Assembly: GCA_951406725.2 (NCBI GenBank)
Contig: OX597822.1
Span: forward strand, 36,704,001 to 36,768,000
DNA length: 64,000 bases
Source of the DNA: Octopus vulgaris
Lineage: Eukaryota
Direction of reading: 5' to 3'
Part shown: piece by piece, positions 27,082 through 40,333 of the stretch
Position numbering within the stretch: the stretch's first letter is position 1
Layout: each line of letters opens with the position of its first letter
The notes under the pieces: model-generated
The model's database searches: none
Told to the model about the DNA's origin: nothing
The model's input: only the letters and a program-made list of their open reading frames with translations
Program-made: the position numbers and the translations under genes

Positions 27082-27419
27082 ATGTGTATGTATGTATGTA
27101 TGTATGTATGTATGTATGTATGTATGTATGTATGTATGTATGTATGTATGTATGTATGTATGTATGTATGTATGTATGTATGTATGTATGTATGTATGTA
27201 TGTATGTATGTATGGATGTATGTATGTATGTATGTATGTATGTATGTTTGTATGTATGTATGTATGTATGTATGTCATGTATGTATGTATGTATGAGGCA
27301 TGTATGTATGTATGTATGTATGTATGTATGTATGTATGTATGTATGTATGTATGCATGCATGCATGCATGTATGTATGTATGTATGTATGTATGTATGTA
27401 TGTATGTATGTATGTATGT
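27082..27419. repeat. (TATG)n microsatellite
   Basis: Direct reading. Confidence 0.97.
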
Positions 27420-27790
27420 CATTATTCAGTTTTATTTCATGATTTCTTGCCAATAAAGAAAGAGCCGGTTTCTAATCATGATCCAAGGCCCCTTCATTGG
27501 AATTTCAACAACAGTATTTTTGCATGCATGCATGTATGTATATGTGCAGTATTTTGTGTCAGAACATGTGCAGATTTGTATGTTTTGTTTTACGTATCTA
27601 TTCTCATGCATATAGTTGCATGTCTAACATGCACATATATACTTAAATGATAAACTTCTGAAAAGTTTTACAGATTTTTACAGTTCCAGTGATGGCTTGG
27701 ATCTGTAGTCTTCGAATCAGCTTTCTTCTTTTTAGTTTTGAGTTACCTAACTTCTCGAGGCAGTGTATTACATATCCCACTACCCCAAAA
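27420..27790 (-). mobile_element. 3' end of an RLE-type LINE embedded in (CATA)n
   Basis: Minus-strand peptide GVVGYVIHCLEKLG..LIRRLQIQAITGTVKICKTFQKFII* (stop 27643-27645), then about 220 nt of 3' UTR running into (ACAT)n. (TATG)n lies on both flanks. Confidence 0.7.
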
Positions 27791-28439
27791 TGTATGTATG
27801 TATGTATGTATGTATGTATGTATGTATGTATGTATGTATGTATGTATGCATGCATGGAGGTGTATCTCCGACGTTGCGACGATAAGGATTCACTTATTTG
27901 ATCAACTAGTTTACATGTTCCTGGATTAAGTGCTCGTGTAAATGTTGGAGAATTCCACCGAAACGTATATACTTCTCGTAATTCTGAAGCAGAATCAGGG
28001 TGACACAAGGTATGACAAAGCTGCGTTTTTGAACTTTCAGATAGAATCCACCTGACAGCTTCTGTACAGTTTCCGCCAATCCAATTTCACTCAGAATGTT
28101 TTGGTAGATCCGAGGATCTAAAACATTAAATTTGTCCAAGATAACATGAGGCATATTCTTAACATTCGACCATACTGCGTCTGTACACACAAACACATAC
28201 ACATACACACTCGCGCTCTCTCATACACACATACACAGAGTTGTGTCTAGGGATACAAAACGATACAAAAACGACATATTTATATACGAATAAATATGAA
28301 TGTGTGTATATACATGTATGAATGTACCGAGTACAGGTATGTACCGGGTACATTTTGCCCAATATTAACTTTATTATAAAATAAAAAGCTTTAGATTTTG
28401 GTTAATGAAACTTTACCAATCGATTGATAGATTAATTGA

Positions 28440-28642
28440 TTTCAAATTTTGGCACAAGGCAAGAAATTTCAGGTGAGAGGTAAGTCCATTACATAGACTC
28501 CATTGATTAAATGGCACTTATTTTGATTCCGAGAGGATGAAAGTCAAAGTCGACCTGGGCGGAATTTGAACTCAGAACGTAAAGACGGATGAAATGCTGC
28601 TAATCATTTTGCCCGACGTGTTAACGATTCTGCCAGCTCGCT
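28440..28642 (-). mobile_element. SINE family C
   Basis: AAAGTCGACCTGGGCGGAATTTGAACTCAGAACGTAAAGACG..GATTCTGCCAGCTCGC. Confidence 0.88.
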
Positions 28643-28690
28643 ACTTTAATCATTATATCAATAGACACTATTTCCCATATTTTACCTATA

Positions 28691-28848
28691 TTTACGTTCT
28701 GAGTTCAAATTCCACCGTGGTCAACTTTGCTTTTCATACTTCGCTTTTCAATATTTTCATAAAATGAGTACCAGCTGTGTACTGGGGTCCGATGTCATCG
28801 ACTTACCCCCTACCCTGCAATTTCTGGCCTTTTGTCAAAATTTGAAAC
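28691..28848 (+). mobile_element. SINE family C, 5'-truncated
   Basis: TTTACGTTCTGAGTTCAAATTCCACCG..TTTGTCAAAATTTGAAAC. Confidence 0.85.
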
Positions 28849-28865
28849 GAGTATTTTACACATAT

Positions 28866-28950
28866 TTTCAATTCAAAATGGTCACCCTTTGCTTTTACTA
28901 TTGCCCCTAATCTTTTATCAATTGAAGTGCATGATTCATTATGTCTAAAT
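28866..28950 (-). pseudogene. Tc1/mariner transposase extreme C-terminus
   Basis: SCTSIDKRLGAIVKAKGDHFE resembles the 'RL.A.V.A.G.HFE' end of Tc1/mariner transposases. Confidence 0.6.
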
Positions 28951-29043
28951 AATGGGTAAATGTGTACATACATACATACATACATACATACATACAGACA
29001 GGCAGACAGACAGACAGACAGACAGACAGACAGGCAGGCAGGC

Positions 29044-29079
<36 letters not shown>

Positions 29080-29080
<1 letters not shown>

Positions 29081-29291
29081 CTCTTTTGCCTGTTTCAGTC
29101 ATATTTGACTGTGGCCATGTTGTAGCACCGCCTTTAGTCGCGCAAATTGACCCCAGGACTTATTCTTTGGAAGCCTAGTACTTATTCTATCGGTTTCTTT
29201 TGCCGAACCGCTAAGTTACGGGGGCGTAGACACACCATCATCAGTTGTCAAGCGATGTTGGGGGGACAAACACAGACACACAAACATATAT

Positions 29292-29327
<36 letters not shown>

Positions 29328-29493
29328 ATATATACGACGGGGTTCTTTCGGTTTCCGTCTACCAAATCCACTCACAAGGCTTTGGTCGGCAAGAGGCTAT
29401 AGTAGAAGATACTTGCCCAAGGTACCACGCAGTGGGAATTAACCTGGAACCATGTAGTTGGTAAGCAAGCTACCTACCACACAGCCGCTCCTG
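29080..29493 (-). mobile_element. SINE family B
   Basis: Near-identical to 12201-12652. Confidence 0.92.
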
Positions 29494-29659
29494 ATATATA
29501 GATAGATAAATATAGTGTGGTAGTACATTGTTGGTTATGGCATAAAACCGGTCAGAAGGTTACGGTTATCATGTCTGATGAGTCGTCTTTATTACCAAGT
29601 GCAAGATTATGATTGCGAAACCAAAGGTAACTTTCTGACTCTTTTATGTGCCATAACCA

Positions 29660-29968
29660 AAGATATACTACGAGGCTATATGAAAGTATACTTGCTAAAA
29701 ATGTCTCTAAGAATGTGCTCTTTTCTGACTTATGGACAACTGAGCGATATATACAGGGTCTTCTTTTTATATATACAGGGTGTTCTCACCGCAGTGAATT
29801 TTTTCCTCCAGGATGTATTTCAAAACATGTGTAGAAGAGTCAATTTATGTATCAAAAATGAAGGACGATACTTTCAACACCTCTTATAAAGTTTTTTAAA
29901 GTCGTGTAAAGTCTAATATATTCTTTTGTAGTCTTATACGATCTGTTAAATATTTCTGAACACCCTAT
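29660..29968 (+). mobile_element. Tc1/mariner-superfamily (Tc3/maT-like) transposon 3' remnant
   Basis: DVFQNMCRRVNLCIKNEGRYFQHLL* (to 29889) and a terminal ATTTCTGAACACCCTA followed by TA repeats. Confidence 0.6.
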
Positions 29969-30419
29969 ATATATATATATATAAGATTCATATGTAATCT
30001 GGACGAATGGAAACCTGAAACGATCGTTGAAACACCTTATTTTCCTCTAACATGTTAAACAAAACTCTTTTTAATGACCATTACTTTCTCTATATTATAT
30101 TTTGAATTTTTAAAAAGGTCTTCTTTCTATATTTCATTATTTTTATCTATATCCTATTATTATTATCTTTACATATCTATATATCTATATGTTCATGTAT
30201 ATTTTTAGTAGTCACATATTTTTATATTTCTATATTTTTATATTTCTAATATATCAATATATGATCAGATTGGACAATTCTTATTTTCTCCTAATTAAAC
30301 CCGTATATGTATGTTTTAATCGTAGTCTGCCTGATTTCCATTGTATCTATTATGCTTGCCTAGCACCTCGGGTTCGACTTGAGCACTTCTACGCTATGTT
30401 TTCCGAAAAACATTATAAT

Positions 30420-30469
<50 letters not shown>

Positions 30470-30473
<4 letters not shown>

Positions 30474-30648
30474 AAATGGGCCAAGAACGCAAAAACATCC
30501 GGACAGTTAAGTGATGCAAAAATGGGACAAAACATCTAGATAGACGATACAAAGAAAACAAGGGCGGGTCATTTGAAGTTTTCTTTCCTCAGTCAAGTAC
30601 CAGATTATCTTCGCAATTTCGGCTGATTATACTTGAGATTGCTCCAAT
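30470..30648. mobile_element. (TA)n-embedded interspersed repeat related to 62873-63125
   Basis: Shares TCAGTCA..GCAATTTCGGCTG..GAGATTGCTCC with 62938-62996. Confidence 0.6.
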
Positions 30649-30659
30649 ATATATATATA

Positions 30660-31204
<545 letters not shown>

Positions 31205-31243
31205 CGCAATTTTTTCATCATTCGATATGTTTGTATGTCTTCT

Positions 31244-31520
31244 GTGAAGGTGCGTGACTTAGTGGTAAGGGTGTTTTATTCACAATCGTAAAACTAGGGT
31301 ATCGATTCTGAGACCGGGCACTATGTTGTTTTCTCGAGCAAAACACTTCATTTGAGGTTGCTCCATTTCACTCAGTTATAAAATGAGTTCCTGCGATAAT
31401 TCTTTGACGGACCGGTGTCGTGTTCTGTCGAAATAGGATGGGGTGTTGTGCTCTCAGTTACTTTCACTCCATGGAAGCCGGATTAAGCTCCGGCCTTTTG
31501 AGTCTTAGGGCTCAGGACAT
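31244..31520 (+). mobile_element. tRNA-derived SINE, A1 head, degenerate
   Basis: GTGAAGGTGCGTGACTTAGTGGTAAGG..GAGCAAAACACTTCATTT..CACTCAG. Confidence 0.8.
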
Positions 31521-33361
31521 ACCTCAGTAATTTAGTTGTCCATTCAGCTAAACTGCTTACTCATTGTACTAGCGACCCACTACCTGAGTATTATGCATTA
31601 ATCCTAAGGCAAGCACATGCAATGTATTTGAGAAAGGTGGCTTTTTGAATAACAGCCACAGGTAGTTCTCATTTTCTAAGCTTCCGAATTATTAGCTGCT
31701 ACTTCTGTAGCAAAAATATAAATATTATTTAATTTTTTTAAATTATAATTTGCAAGAAATTCAATGCATGATGCACAAAAGCGTTATCCAAGCGGGTGAG
31801 TAGGCCTGTCAACTAAGCCAAAGGTTAGAGTTAGCAACCACCAAACTTCCCTTGCTTAGCACCATTGCATCTGCCCCAACCCAATGTGCACTTCTGCTAT
31901 AAACAAGAGATAGTTAATGAGCTGTCATTGCTTCCTTTTGTATTCATTTCTTTGGTTTAAATACAACCACCTCCTTTACGAATTCACGATTAACGATCAG
32001 AATTATGAAATGATTAACAAGTAATCTCTAACCTTAACCCGTACACTCACTCTGACGGTCTTCCACATACTTTCCATTGGTCTAGTTTCACGAACAAGGA
32101 CTGGTCCGACCTGCTGGTTAGGATAAAAGGCATTTTCCTAAGAATCCACACAATGGGATCGAAGATGGAACCGCATGAGTACGAATCGAACTCCCTAAGC
32201 ATTTGGATACGCCTGTATCTATTTTACATGCACACACACACTCACACGTGAACTAAACTGCGTTACTTGAAAGGATAACGTGACATTCTGTCCAGGAATT
32301 GAGCCGACGACCTTAGCACTAAACCACGCACCTTCACTCAACACAATATAGCACAACAGCGACACAGTAGTAAAATACAACTGGTAAGTTCTCTCAAACC
32401 CTAGTTACAATGTTACAAGTTAATCAAAATAATTACAAATTGCAATACATAGTAATCACAAGATTATAAGAAGGTTAAAGTAGAAAGCAATGAAGGAAAA
32501 TGTCAAACATTATGAAATAATTATGAATAGATATATCGAAGAGTGTAGCAAAGGGAAATTATTCGCTCTTAATGAGAGCACTTAGTAGATAAGGACAGAA
32601 CTAAAATTTATATTTCATTTATCTGAACAAGAACTGTAGACTGGATACCAGCCCGTTTGAATGTCTTGCTCAATGTATTGGAAATTAATCATCCAGACAG
32701 CCTTTCAAAACGTTGTATTTCTATATATAATAATTCCTTCTAGCTTTTTCAACATTCCTAGCACATAAGAAAAGGATGAGATGATTATGGTTGTAATATC
32801 TTCTCGATCGGGGCTGACCTGGGATTAAACAATAATAATTCCTTGTCTGGAATAGTGAAATGGTAATTCACTTTTGGAATAACATAATTCTAGATTTAGA
32901 CTTGAAAGGTCCAGAAGACATACGAATTCAGCTTCCCAGACAACAATGTTAAACCTATAGTTTGTTTCAAAGTCTAGCTGTTTAACTACGTTCTTATAAA
33001 ACGATATCTTAACGAAGAACCATTGTACGAAAATGTGCCTCCTTAGTATATATTCAAGAAGCTAAATTTTAGTAACAATATTTGTGAAGTGTAATGTCAA
33101 CTCAGAAGGAAAACAATTATATGTAAACAGAAAATTGACAACAGATTTCAATGTTTAAATGTGTTTCCGATTGAGAAAATTTCGTTAGATATGAATATAT
33201 TTTCATTGTTTTAGAAGTTCCTTGTTTATAAAGCTGATTTTTTGTATGTTATTGACATAGGGGCTAGCTTCAGGCTTCATTGAAAAGAGGAAACTGTGCA
33301 ACAGTACAAAAGTGAATTTCAAAGCGATCAAAAACAAAAAAAAAAATTTTATTTGTTTTTA

Positions 33362-33565
33362 TTGCGTTTAACCCTGGGTCAACCTGAACGAGTTGATCTA
33401 TGACGAAAGATGTTCCAGTCATTGTCATCCCTTTTATTAGTATATCTAGGATTACATTATCCAATTTGTCCCTCCATATTTAATAGCATAGAGTATGATC
33501 TAAGGAATATTTGGTTGCTATTTACAGTATATCGGACGACTACGTAGATGCTCCCTCATTGGCTG
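33362..33565 (-). mobile_element. SINE-like family E; related pieces at 6450-6530, 6700-6860 and 32630-32835
   Basis: Shared GCTAG(G)AATAGCAGCCAAAT..TCA.AC core and GACCC.GGG.TAAAC end. Confidence 0.55.
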
Positions 33566-33658
33566 AGTTTTATATAGAGATACGTGAGATATATAAAGAT
33601 GTGTTGTGTGTGTTTGTGCGTATGTGTGTATAGATACATACAAACATACATACATGCA

Positions 33659-33881
33659 TACTCTTTTACTCTTTTACTCGTTTCAGTCATTTGACTGTGG
33701 CCATGCTGGAGCACCGCCTTTAGTCGAGCAAATCGACCCTAGGATTTATTCTTTGTAAGCCTACTACTTATTCTAACGGTGTCTTTTGCCGAACCGCTAA
33801 GTTACGGGGACGTAAACACACCAGCATCGGTTGTCAAGCGATGTTGGGGGACAACGCAGACACACAAACATATACACACAC

Positions 33882-33955
<74 letters not shown>

Positions 33956-34115
33956 GACGGGCTTCTTTCAGTTTACGTCTACCAAATCCACTCACAAGGC
34001 TTTGGCCGGTCTTCTATAGTAAAAGACACTTGCCTAAGGTGCCACGCAATGGGACTTAACCCGGAACCATGTGGTTCGTGCGCAAGCTACTTACCACACA
34101 GCCACTCCTACGTCT
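33659..34115 (-). mobile_element. SINE family B
   Basis: Near-identical to 12201-12652. Confidence 0.92.
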
Positions 34116-34259
34116 ATACATACATACATACATACATACATACATACATACATACATACATACATACATACATACATACATACATGCACACATATGCATA
34201 CATGATGGTCGCCCACGTCGGTTTCGTCGTATGAGTGTTTGAAGGAGAGGACTTAGAGC

Positions 34260-35310
34260 TAAAGTGAGTAATAGAAATAAAGAAAAGTAAAGAAAAAAAC
34301 CATTTAGAAGCTGCATCTGTTTGCGATGGATGCGTGTGAATGTAAATTTGAGTCCAGAGATGGATTTTGCTATGAAGTCACAATGGGGACATTGGTGATT
34401 TTGATTATGCCTAGGGTTAGGCGAATGTGTCTGTTGGTTGCAGGATATAGTTCTTCTATTGTTCTTTTTCTTCAACTCAAATTGTTTGGATACATTGTGA
34501 CGCATTTTACGCCATGCAGATCGATCTAGGTAATGACTTTCCCAAGATGTCAGATTAATCTGTAAAGATTTTAGTGATTACTTCAAATTAGCCTTTATAC
34601 CTAAGGAGAGGTCTTCCTTTGTCGCGATATCCCTCCACTTGTTGGCCATACAGAAGAATTTTCGGAATGCAGTCATTTTTCATTCGAACATGTCCTACCT
34701 ATCTGCACTGAATTCGCATCAGCATGCTTTGTATACTGGAGATATCACATTTTTCTAAAATTTTGGCATTAGATATCTTATCTTGCCATTTTATGTTGCA
34801 TATGTTATGCAAACAGCAACGGTGGAAGGTTTCAAGTGTCTTTATATGTCTGCAGTAGGGGCTTCCTGCATATACCCCATACAAAAGTGCGCTCAAAATA
34901 CAAGATTTGTATACATTTATTTTAGTTTTCAGACTAACAACGTGTTCATCCCACAAACGATGGCCAAGTCTTCCAAAAGCACTTAGCTATTTTAACATTG
35001 ATTTCGTCATCAAAAGTACTCTTAACGTTTATTGTACTTCCAACATATTTAAATGATCTGACCACTTGAGTGGCTTCTTGTTATCATCACGTTTGAGTCT
35101 TGAATATGTCCTATCCCAGGCCTTGGTTGGAATAAAACTTCAGTCTTCTTGATGCTGATAGTCAGTCGAAATGGACGAGTTGCCGCAGGAAATCTGTCGA
35201 CCGTTTCCTGAATTCCCTCAAATGCGAGAGAAATCAAAACACAATCATCAGCAAACAGAAAGTCACGGAGGTTTTTTTCTTTGATCTGAATTTTTGCCTT
35301 TACGTCTGTC
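34260..35310 (-). pseudogene. 5'-truncated RTE (BovB-like) LINE: RT C-terminus and C2H2-like finger
   Basis: RDFLFADDC, LTISIKKTEVLFQP, LKTKINVYKSCILSALLYG, LETFHRCCL..I.NIKWQDKISN, and CPHCDF..KS..GL...RIH. Confidence 0.88.
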
Positions 35311-35409
35311 CATAGAAGAAGTGAATTTATAGATTAATATATACTAAAAGTAGTGTATTTATTGGTGTATATATACTAGCTATAGTTATTACACACACAT
35401 GTATGTGTG

Positions 35410-35440
<31 letters not shown>

Positions 35441-35441
<1 letters not shown>

Positions 35442-35840
35442 TTCTTTTTTATTCTTTTATTTGTTTCAGTCATTTGACTGAGACCATGCTGGAGTACCGC
35501 CTTTAGTCGAACAAATCGACCCAGGACTTATTCTTTGTAAACCTAGTATTTATTCTATCGGTCTCTTTTGCCGAACCACTAAGTTACGGGGACGTAAACA
35601 CACCAACATCGGTTGTCAAGTGATGGTGGGGGGGGGGAACAAACACAGATACACAAGCATATGTGTGTGTGTGTGTGTGTGTGTACGACGGGCGTCTTTC
35701 AGTTTCCGTCTACCAAATCCACTCACAAGGCTTTGGTCGGCCCGAGGCTATAGTTGAAGACACTTGCCCAAGTTGCCACGCAGTGGGGCTGAACCCGGAA
35801 CCATGTGGTTGGTAAGCAAGCCACTTACGATTCACCCACT

Positions 35841-35843
<3 letters not shown>
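35441..35843 (-). mobile_element. SINE family B
   Basis: Near-identical to 12201-12652. Confidence 0.92.
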
Positions 35844-35883
<40 letters not shown>

Positions 35884-35885
35884 AA

Positions 35886-36322
35886 TCTTTTATCATTTAA
35901 TGGTTTCAATCATTAGTTTGCTGCCATGCTGGGGCACTGCCTTTAAAAATTAAGTGGAACAAATCGCCCCAGCACTTATTTTCCTTTTTAAGCCTGATAT
36001 TTATTCTATTGGTCTCTTTTGCCAAACCGCTGATGTTACAGCGATGTAAACAAACCAGCACCGGTTATCAAGCGGCTGGAGGACAACCTTATACACAAAC
36101 ACGCATAGATACACATACAGGTACACACATACGCATAAACACACATGCACACAAATGTATATATACACAACGGGATTCTTTCAGTTTCTGACTACCAAAT
36201 CCACTCACAAGGCTTTCGTCAGCCCGAGGTTATATTAGAAGACACTCACCCAAGGTGCCAGCAGTAGGATTGAACCCGGAACTGTGCAGTTGGAAAGCAA
36301 GTTTCTTACTACACACGCACCT
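35886..36322 (-). mobile_element. SINE family B, older and more diverged copy
   Basis: GCCATGCTGGGGCACTGCC..CCAAATCCACTCACAAGGCTTT..TGAACCCGGAAC. Confidence 0.85.
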
Positions 36323-36847
36323 ACAAATATTTTAAGATTTTAGAGGGAATTCTGGATATAGTCACATTGTAAACAGAACGACACGGAGCTTTTGGAAGGA
36401 AGTTTTTGCGTTGTATAAGCGCTTTCGCTGTTTACAGCTTTTCAAACACACGTCTTATGGGTAAACCTGTATAGAAGTTGTCTAAAGATTTCCTGCCAAA
36501 AGATTTGTATTGGTATGTATATATGTAGGTGCTATGTGTGCGAAACATGTGTTTATATACGTGTGTGTATTATATTAGGCTTAAAATTATTTTTACAGTG
36601 GCTAATAAGCAGTTGAGCTGAGTATAATACATATAATGTATGTTGTAGGATGGATGAGAAAATCCATGCCGAAGAGTTTTTAATCTCAGAAAACTGAGGT
36701 ACAAAATCAAGTAGTTCTGTTCTCTGTCTCCGTACTAGTTTTTGTTAAAGATTTTTTAAAATATGATTAATAACTATTTAAAACTCTCTCTCCAAATACA
36801 CGCACAGACAAACATACACACACGCACGCGCGTGCGCGTATGTATCC

Positions 36848-37300
36848 ATACAAGTGTTGTACCGAAAGTAATTCAAAAGGGGATATAACTATTTTTATTA
36901 ACTAAAAATATCGTTCACATTGCTATAATAGCACAGAGTAACATACCTCTCTCCAAAGGTGCTACTAAACACAGTCTCCATCTCAAGCTATGCATTTGTT
37001 ACATCGTTCAACCTAACTCTAGAATCCTCTTTGAAAAAGTTCGAGCGTGCACTGTCGTACTCAATTCTTCACAACCACTCTCGCCTCATCTGTGTTATCA
37101 AATCGTTGTTCCCGAAGACTGTCCTTTATTAAACTCGAAAAGTAGAAGTCGTGAGGTGCACCAGATCCGGGCTGTACGGTGGATGGTGGATTTATCAAAG
37201 TCATGCTCCTTTTTGCTTTACCTCCGGAACGTAACCGGATTTTTTGCGTATGAAATCTATGAAGGACCACACAGATGGTAAATCTGTGTCCCCGACCACT
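36848..37300 (-). mobile_element. mariner transposon remnant
   Basis: The minus strand gives a degenerate HPPYSPDLAP.DF motif followed by LIKDSLREQRFDNTDEARVVVKN. Possible TIR TACAAGTGTTGTACCGAAAGT. Confidence 0.7.
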
Positions 37301-37759
37301 TTGGGTTATAGACAATTTATGCTAGCGCTCTCTGCTGGCCTACAGAATATTCTATCTAAATACGATCTTGGTGACCCAATGCTGTTTGTCCATATCCTGA
37401 TTGGGGATATCCAGATGGTACCTGTCAGTCAGTTGAAAACGTCTGAGCAGATTCGCAACGCTTCTGCAACCTTGATCCCATTAGCTAGCCTCCCAAACAA
37501 GCTAAACGTACATTCAAGATGACGATTCAATGACTTACAGTCGCGAAACCTCCAGACGCTTGTTGGGGGCATAGCCAGTTACTAATTTGAAGGCTCACCT
37601 TTTGGCTAATGCTCACATCCAGAACCACCAACTTACCATTTAGGAATATCGACTGTATCTCGAGACTGAGATCTTTCTGAAAGAAGATATATTTTTCTTT
37701 GCGTATTTTTGTTACTGTTGTAATTGCATTATTTACAAATCTCCAAAGATAAACACAAA

Positions 37760-37945
37760 AATGTCAAAAATAACCGACAGCCTTCATTTATTTGATAAGA
37801 AATAAATTTCAACTTGTTCAGAATAATCGGTTTTGTATGGATCCAAATGAGAGAATAGATTTTCACCCACTTGGGATGGTAACATTTTTCCAGTGTCTTC
37901 AGATCTGTCAGGAGTACCAAAAGGAAGCGTCTTTACGACTCAGTA
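37760..37945 (+). pseudogene. short CR1-like RT remnant
   Basis: TCAGGAGTACCAAAAGGAAGCGTC encodes SGVPKGSV (compare CR1 SGVPQGSVL). Confidence 0.45.
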
Positions 37946-38810
37946 GTTAATGATGACCATGATGATGATCATGATCATGATGACAACGACAACGATGATA
38001 ATGACTATGCTGATGATAATGAAGAAGAGGAGGAAGAAAAGGTAGAGAAGGGAAAAGAGATGGCTAGCAGTCTATTGTAAAAGCATTTAATCAGTTGAAT
38101 AAAGTTTCAACACTTAAAGGACCGCAAGCGCCAACAACTTTACTCGGAGAGATGCAATACGATACGTCAGTCAAAAGAACTGTTGCAAGCGTTAAAATGG
38201 GTTAAAAGCATATTTCCTGTAATGGAGATATACGTGAAACCTGGATTTTTGCAGGACAAGACCTACAATAATGCCATCAATTCGTGTCCTAAAGGAAATC
38301 GGTAAATTCTGGAAACGTAAGATTCTTATGTCGATATCTGACTGAGTCAGTTCAACGATTTCCTCAGATTTCTTAAGTACGTCTGTTTTTACGAATTTAA
38401 AAAATAACTGAATTCACGAATAGCGTGTAGGAAAAAATAATATGATTTGAATTAAAATTCATAAAATGGTTTGCAATCATCTGAGCATTAGAATGTTTTC
38501 AGTCATTTGACCCAAAACTGAATGCATACACTAAATTCATTCAACAGCTTGAAATAATTTTTTAATTTCTGATGTCAACTTTTGGATGATATCACTGTAT
38601 CACATGTTGACAGAAACAAGCATAATTCTGGTTCCAAATTTCATTTTTGTTTATATCTTCATGCACCATTCAAATGACGTGCATTTGATAAAATGTTTTA
38701 AATGAAGGAAAAAAATCCTTTTAAGCAGTACATGAATATACAAGAAAGCTAGAGGAAATTTAATAAATTGAAAATGAGGAATGTGTAAGTTTTTATAAAA
38801 TTGGTTTTAA

Positions 38811-38958
38811 AAAAGTACTGCAATGAGGGAGGATGTGAGTCGGTTACATCGACTCCAGTGATCAGCTGGTGCTTATTTTATCGACGCCGCAAGGATGAAA
38901 AGCAAAGTCGACTTCGGTGGAATTTGAACTTAGAAAAGACAGACGAAATGCCCAGCAA
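38811..38958 (-). mobile_element. SINE family C, degenerate
   Basis: GGATGAAAAGCAAAGTCGACTTCGGTGGAATTTGAACTTAGAA. Confidence 0.8.
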
Positions 38959-39349
38959 AGTTAATATTAAAATGCAAATTAACACTGCCAGTCAAGTAGA
39001 TGTATACCTCCGAACTTCTGAATTGCTTTGAATAAAGCAAAATCAAGACTGCATAATAGCTAACAAAAGAGATTTGTTGGATCACTCATTGAAATTTGAA
39101 GAGGAGCTTGACGTATTAATGGGAACAAATAAGATAATAATTGTATAAGAGTGTCATTCTGGTAGAATTAAAATAATAAATCAATGGCTTCCTTTATTTA
39201 TTTTTTTTTAAGCATAGACGTGATGAATATTGATAGTTCAGCAAACTTTGCCAACGGTGTCAGTTACATTTCTTGATAAACGAAAACAATTAAAACAATT
39301 CGTTTCTGAGAAATATGATATCGTTGTCGTGCTAGTAGTGGCAGTATGC

Positions 39350-39540
39350 AAGGCGTCGGGCGAATGCTTAGCAGCATTTCGTCCGTCTTTACATTCTGAG
39401 TTCAAATTCTGCTGAGGTCGACTTTGCCTTATTATCCTTTTTGAGACGATAAACTAAAGTACTACTCAGGTACTGGGGGTCGATGTTATCGAATTACCCC
39501 CTACCCAGAAATTGCTGGCCTTGTGCCAAAATTTGAAACT
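39350..39540 (+). mobile_element. SINE family C
   Basis: ATGCTTAGCAGCATTTCGTCCGTC..GAGTTCAAATTC..GTGCCAAAATTTGAAAC. Confidence 0.88.
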
Positions 39541-40136
39541 GATATTGACAGTATGCATTTTGCATGCTGACCAAGACAGCTTACGTTCAATGCTGATTAT
39601 GATGTTGAACAAAACTTCTGAAAGCAAAGGAGTAAAATATGGTGTTTGCAACAACAAATTTATTTGGATTAATGGAATATGACACAACACAATGTATTAG
39701 ATTATTCGTGCTGACCTTATTTCGGTTATCCACATGTAAACAAAGCATCAAATAGATTTAGTCTATGTATAAATGAATAATCGAAGCGAAGCGTCAAAAC
39801 GACGAACAGCCTGAAGGATAACTGTAAAAGTAATACAGCAATTTACCTTGAAATTCATTGATATTTAATCTTATTACTAATGCATTACAAGTCTTTGTAC
39901 TAACCAGGTTTTGGATATCAGGTTTAAACAAACTAATGAAGTGCCTGACCGATTCAATCTTGAAGCATCGAGACCGATTCATCACAATTCTAATGACAAA
40001 ACTGCCCACAGAAGCCATCTCACTCAGCTCGGCTGAGCGTTAAAAGAGGAATACGTACTTTGAATTGATAACAAGTACAAAGGAATGGAGCATATAAAAC
40101 GTGACATTGTCAGAAACAAACAAACGATAAATTTTT

Positions 40137-40333
40137 GTTTCAAATTGCTGACACAAGGTCAGAAATTTCGAATAGTCGATTACATCGACTTCAGTGTTCA
40201 AATGATACTTTCTTTATCGACTCAGAGAGGCCGAGTCCATTTCACTGGAATTTGAACTTAGAACGCAAGGATGGACAAAATGTCGCTGAACATTTTTGCC
40301 CGGCGTGTTAACGATTCTGCCAACTCGTCGCCT
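40137..40333 (-). mobile_element. SINE family C
   Basis: Reverse complement of the family C consensus. Confidence 0.82.

Noticed and set aside
39908-40036. Possible exon after TACTAACCAG
   Set aside because: Branch motif abuts the AG, there is no polypyrimidine tract, and the peptide has no recognisable similarity.
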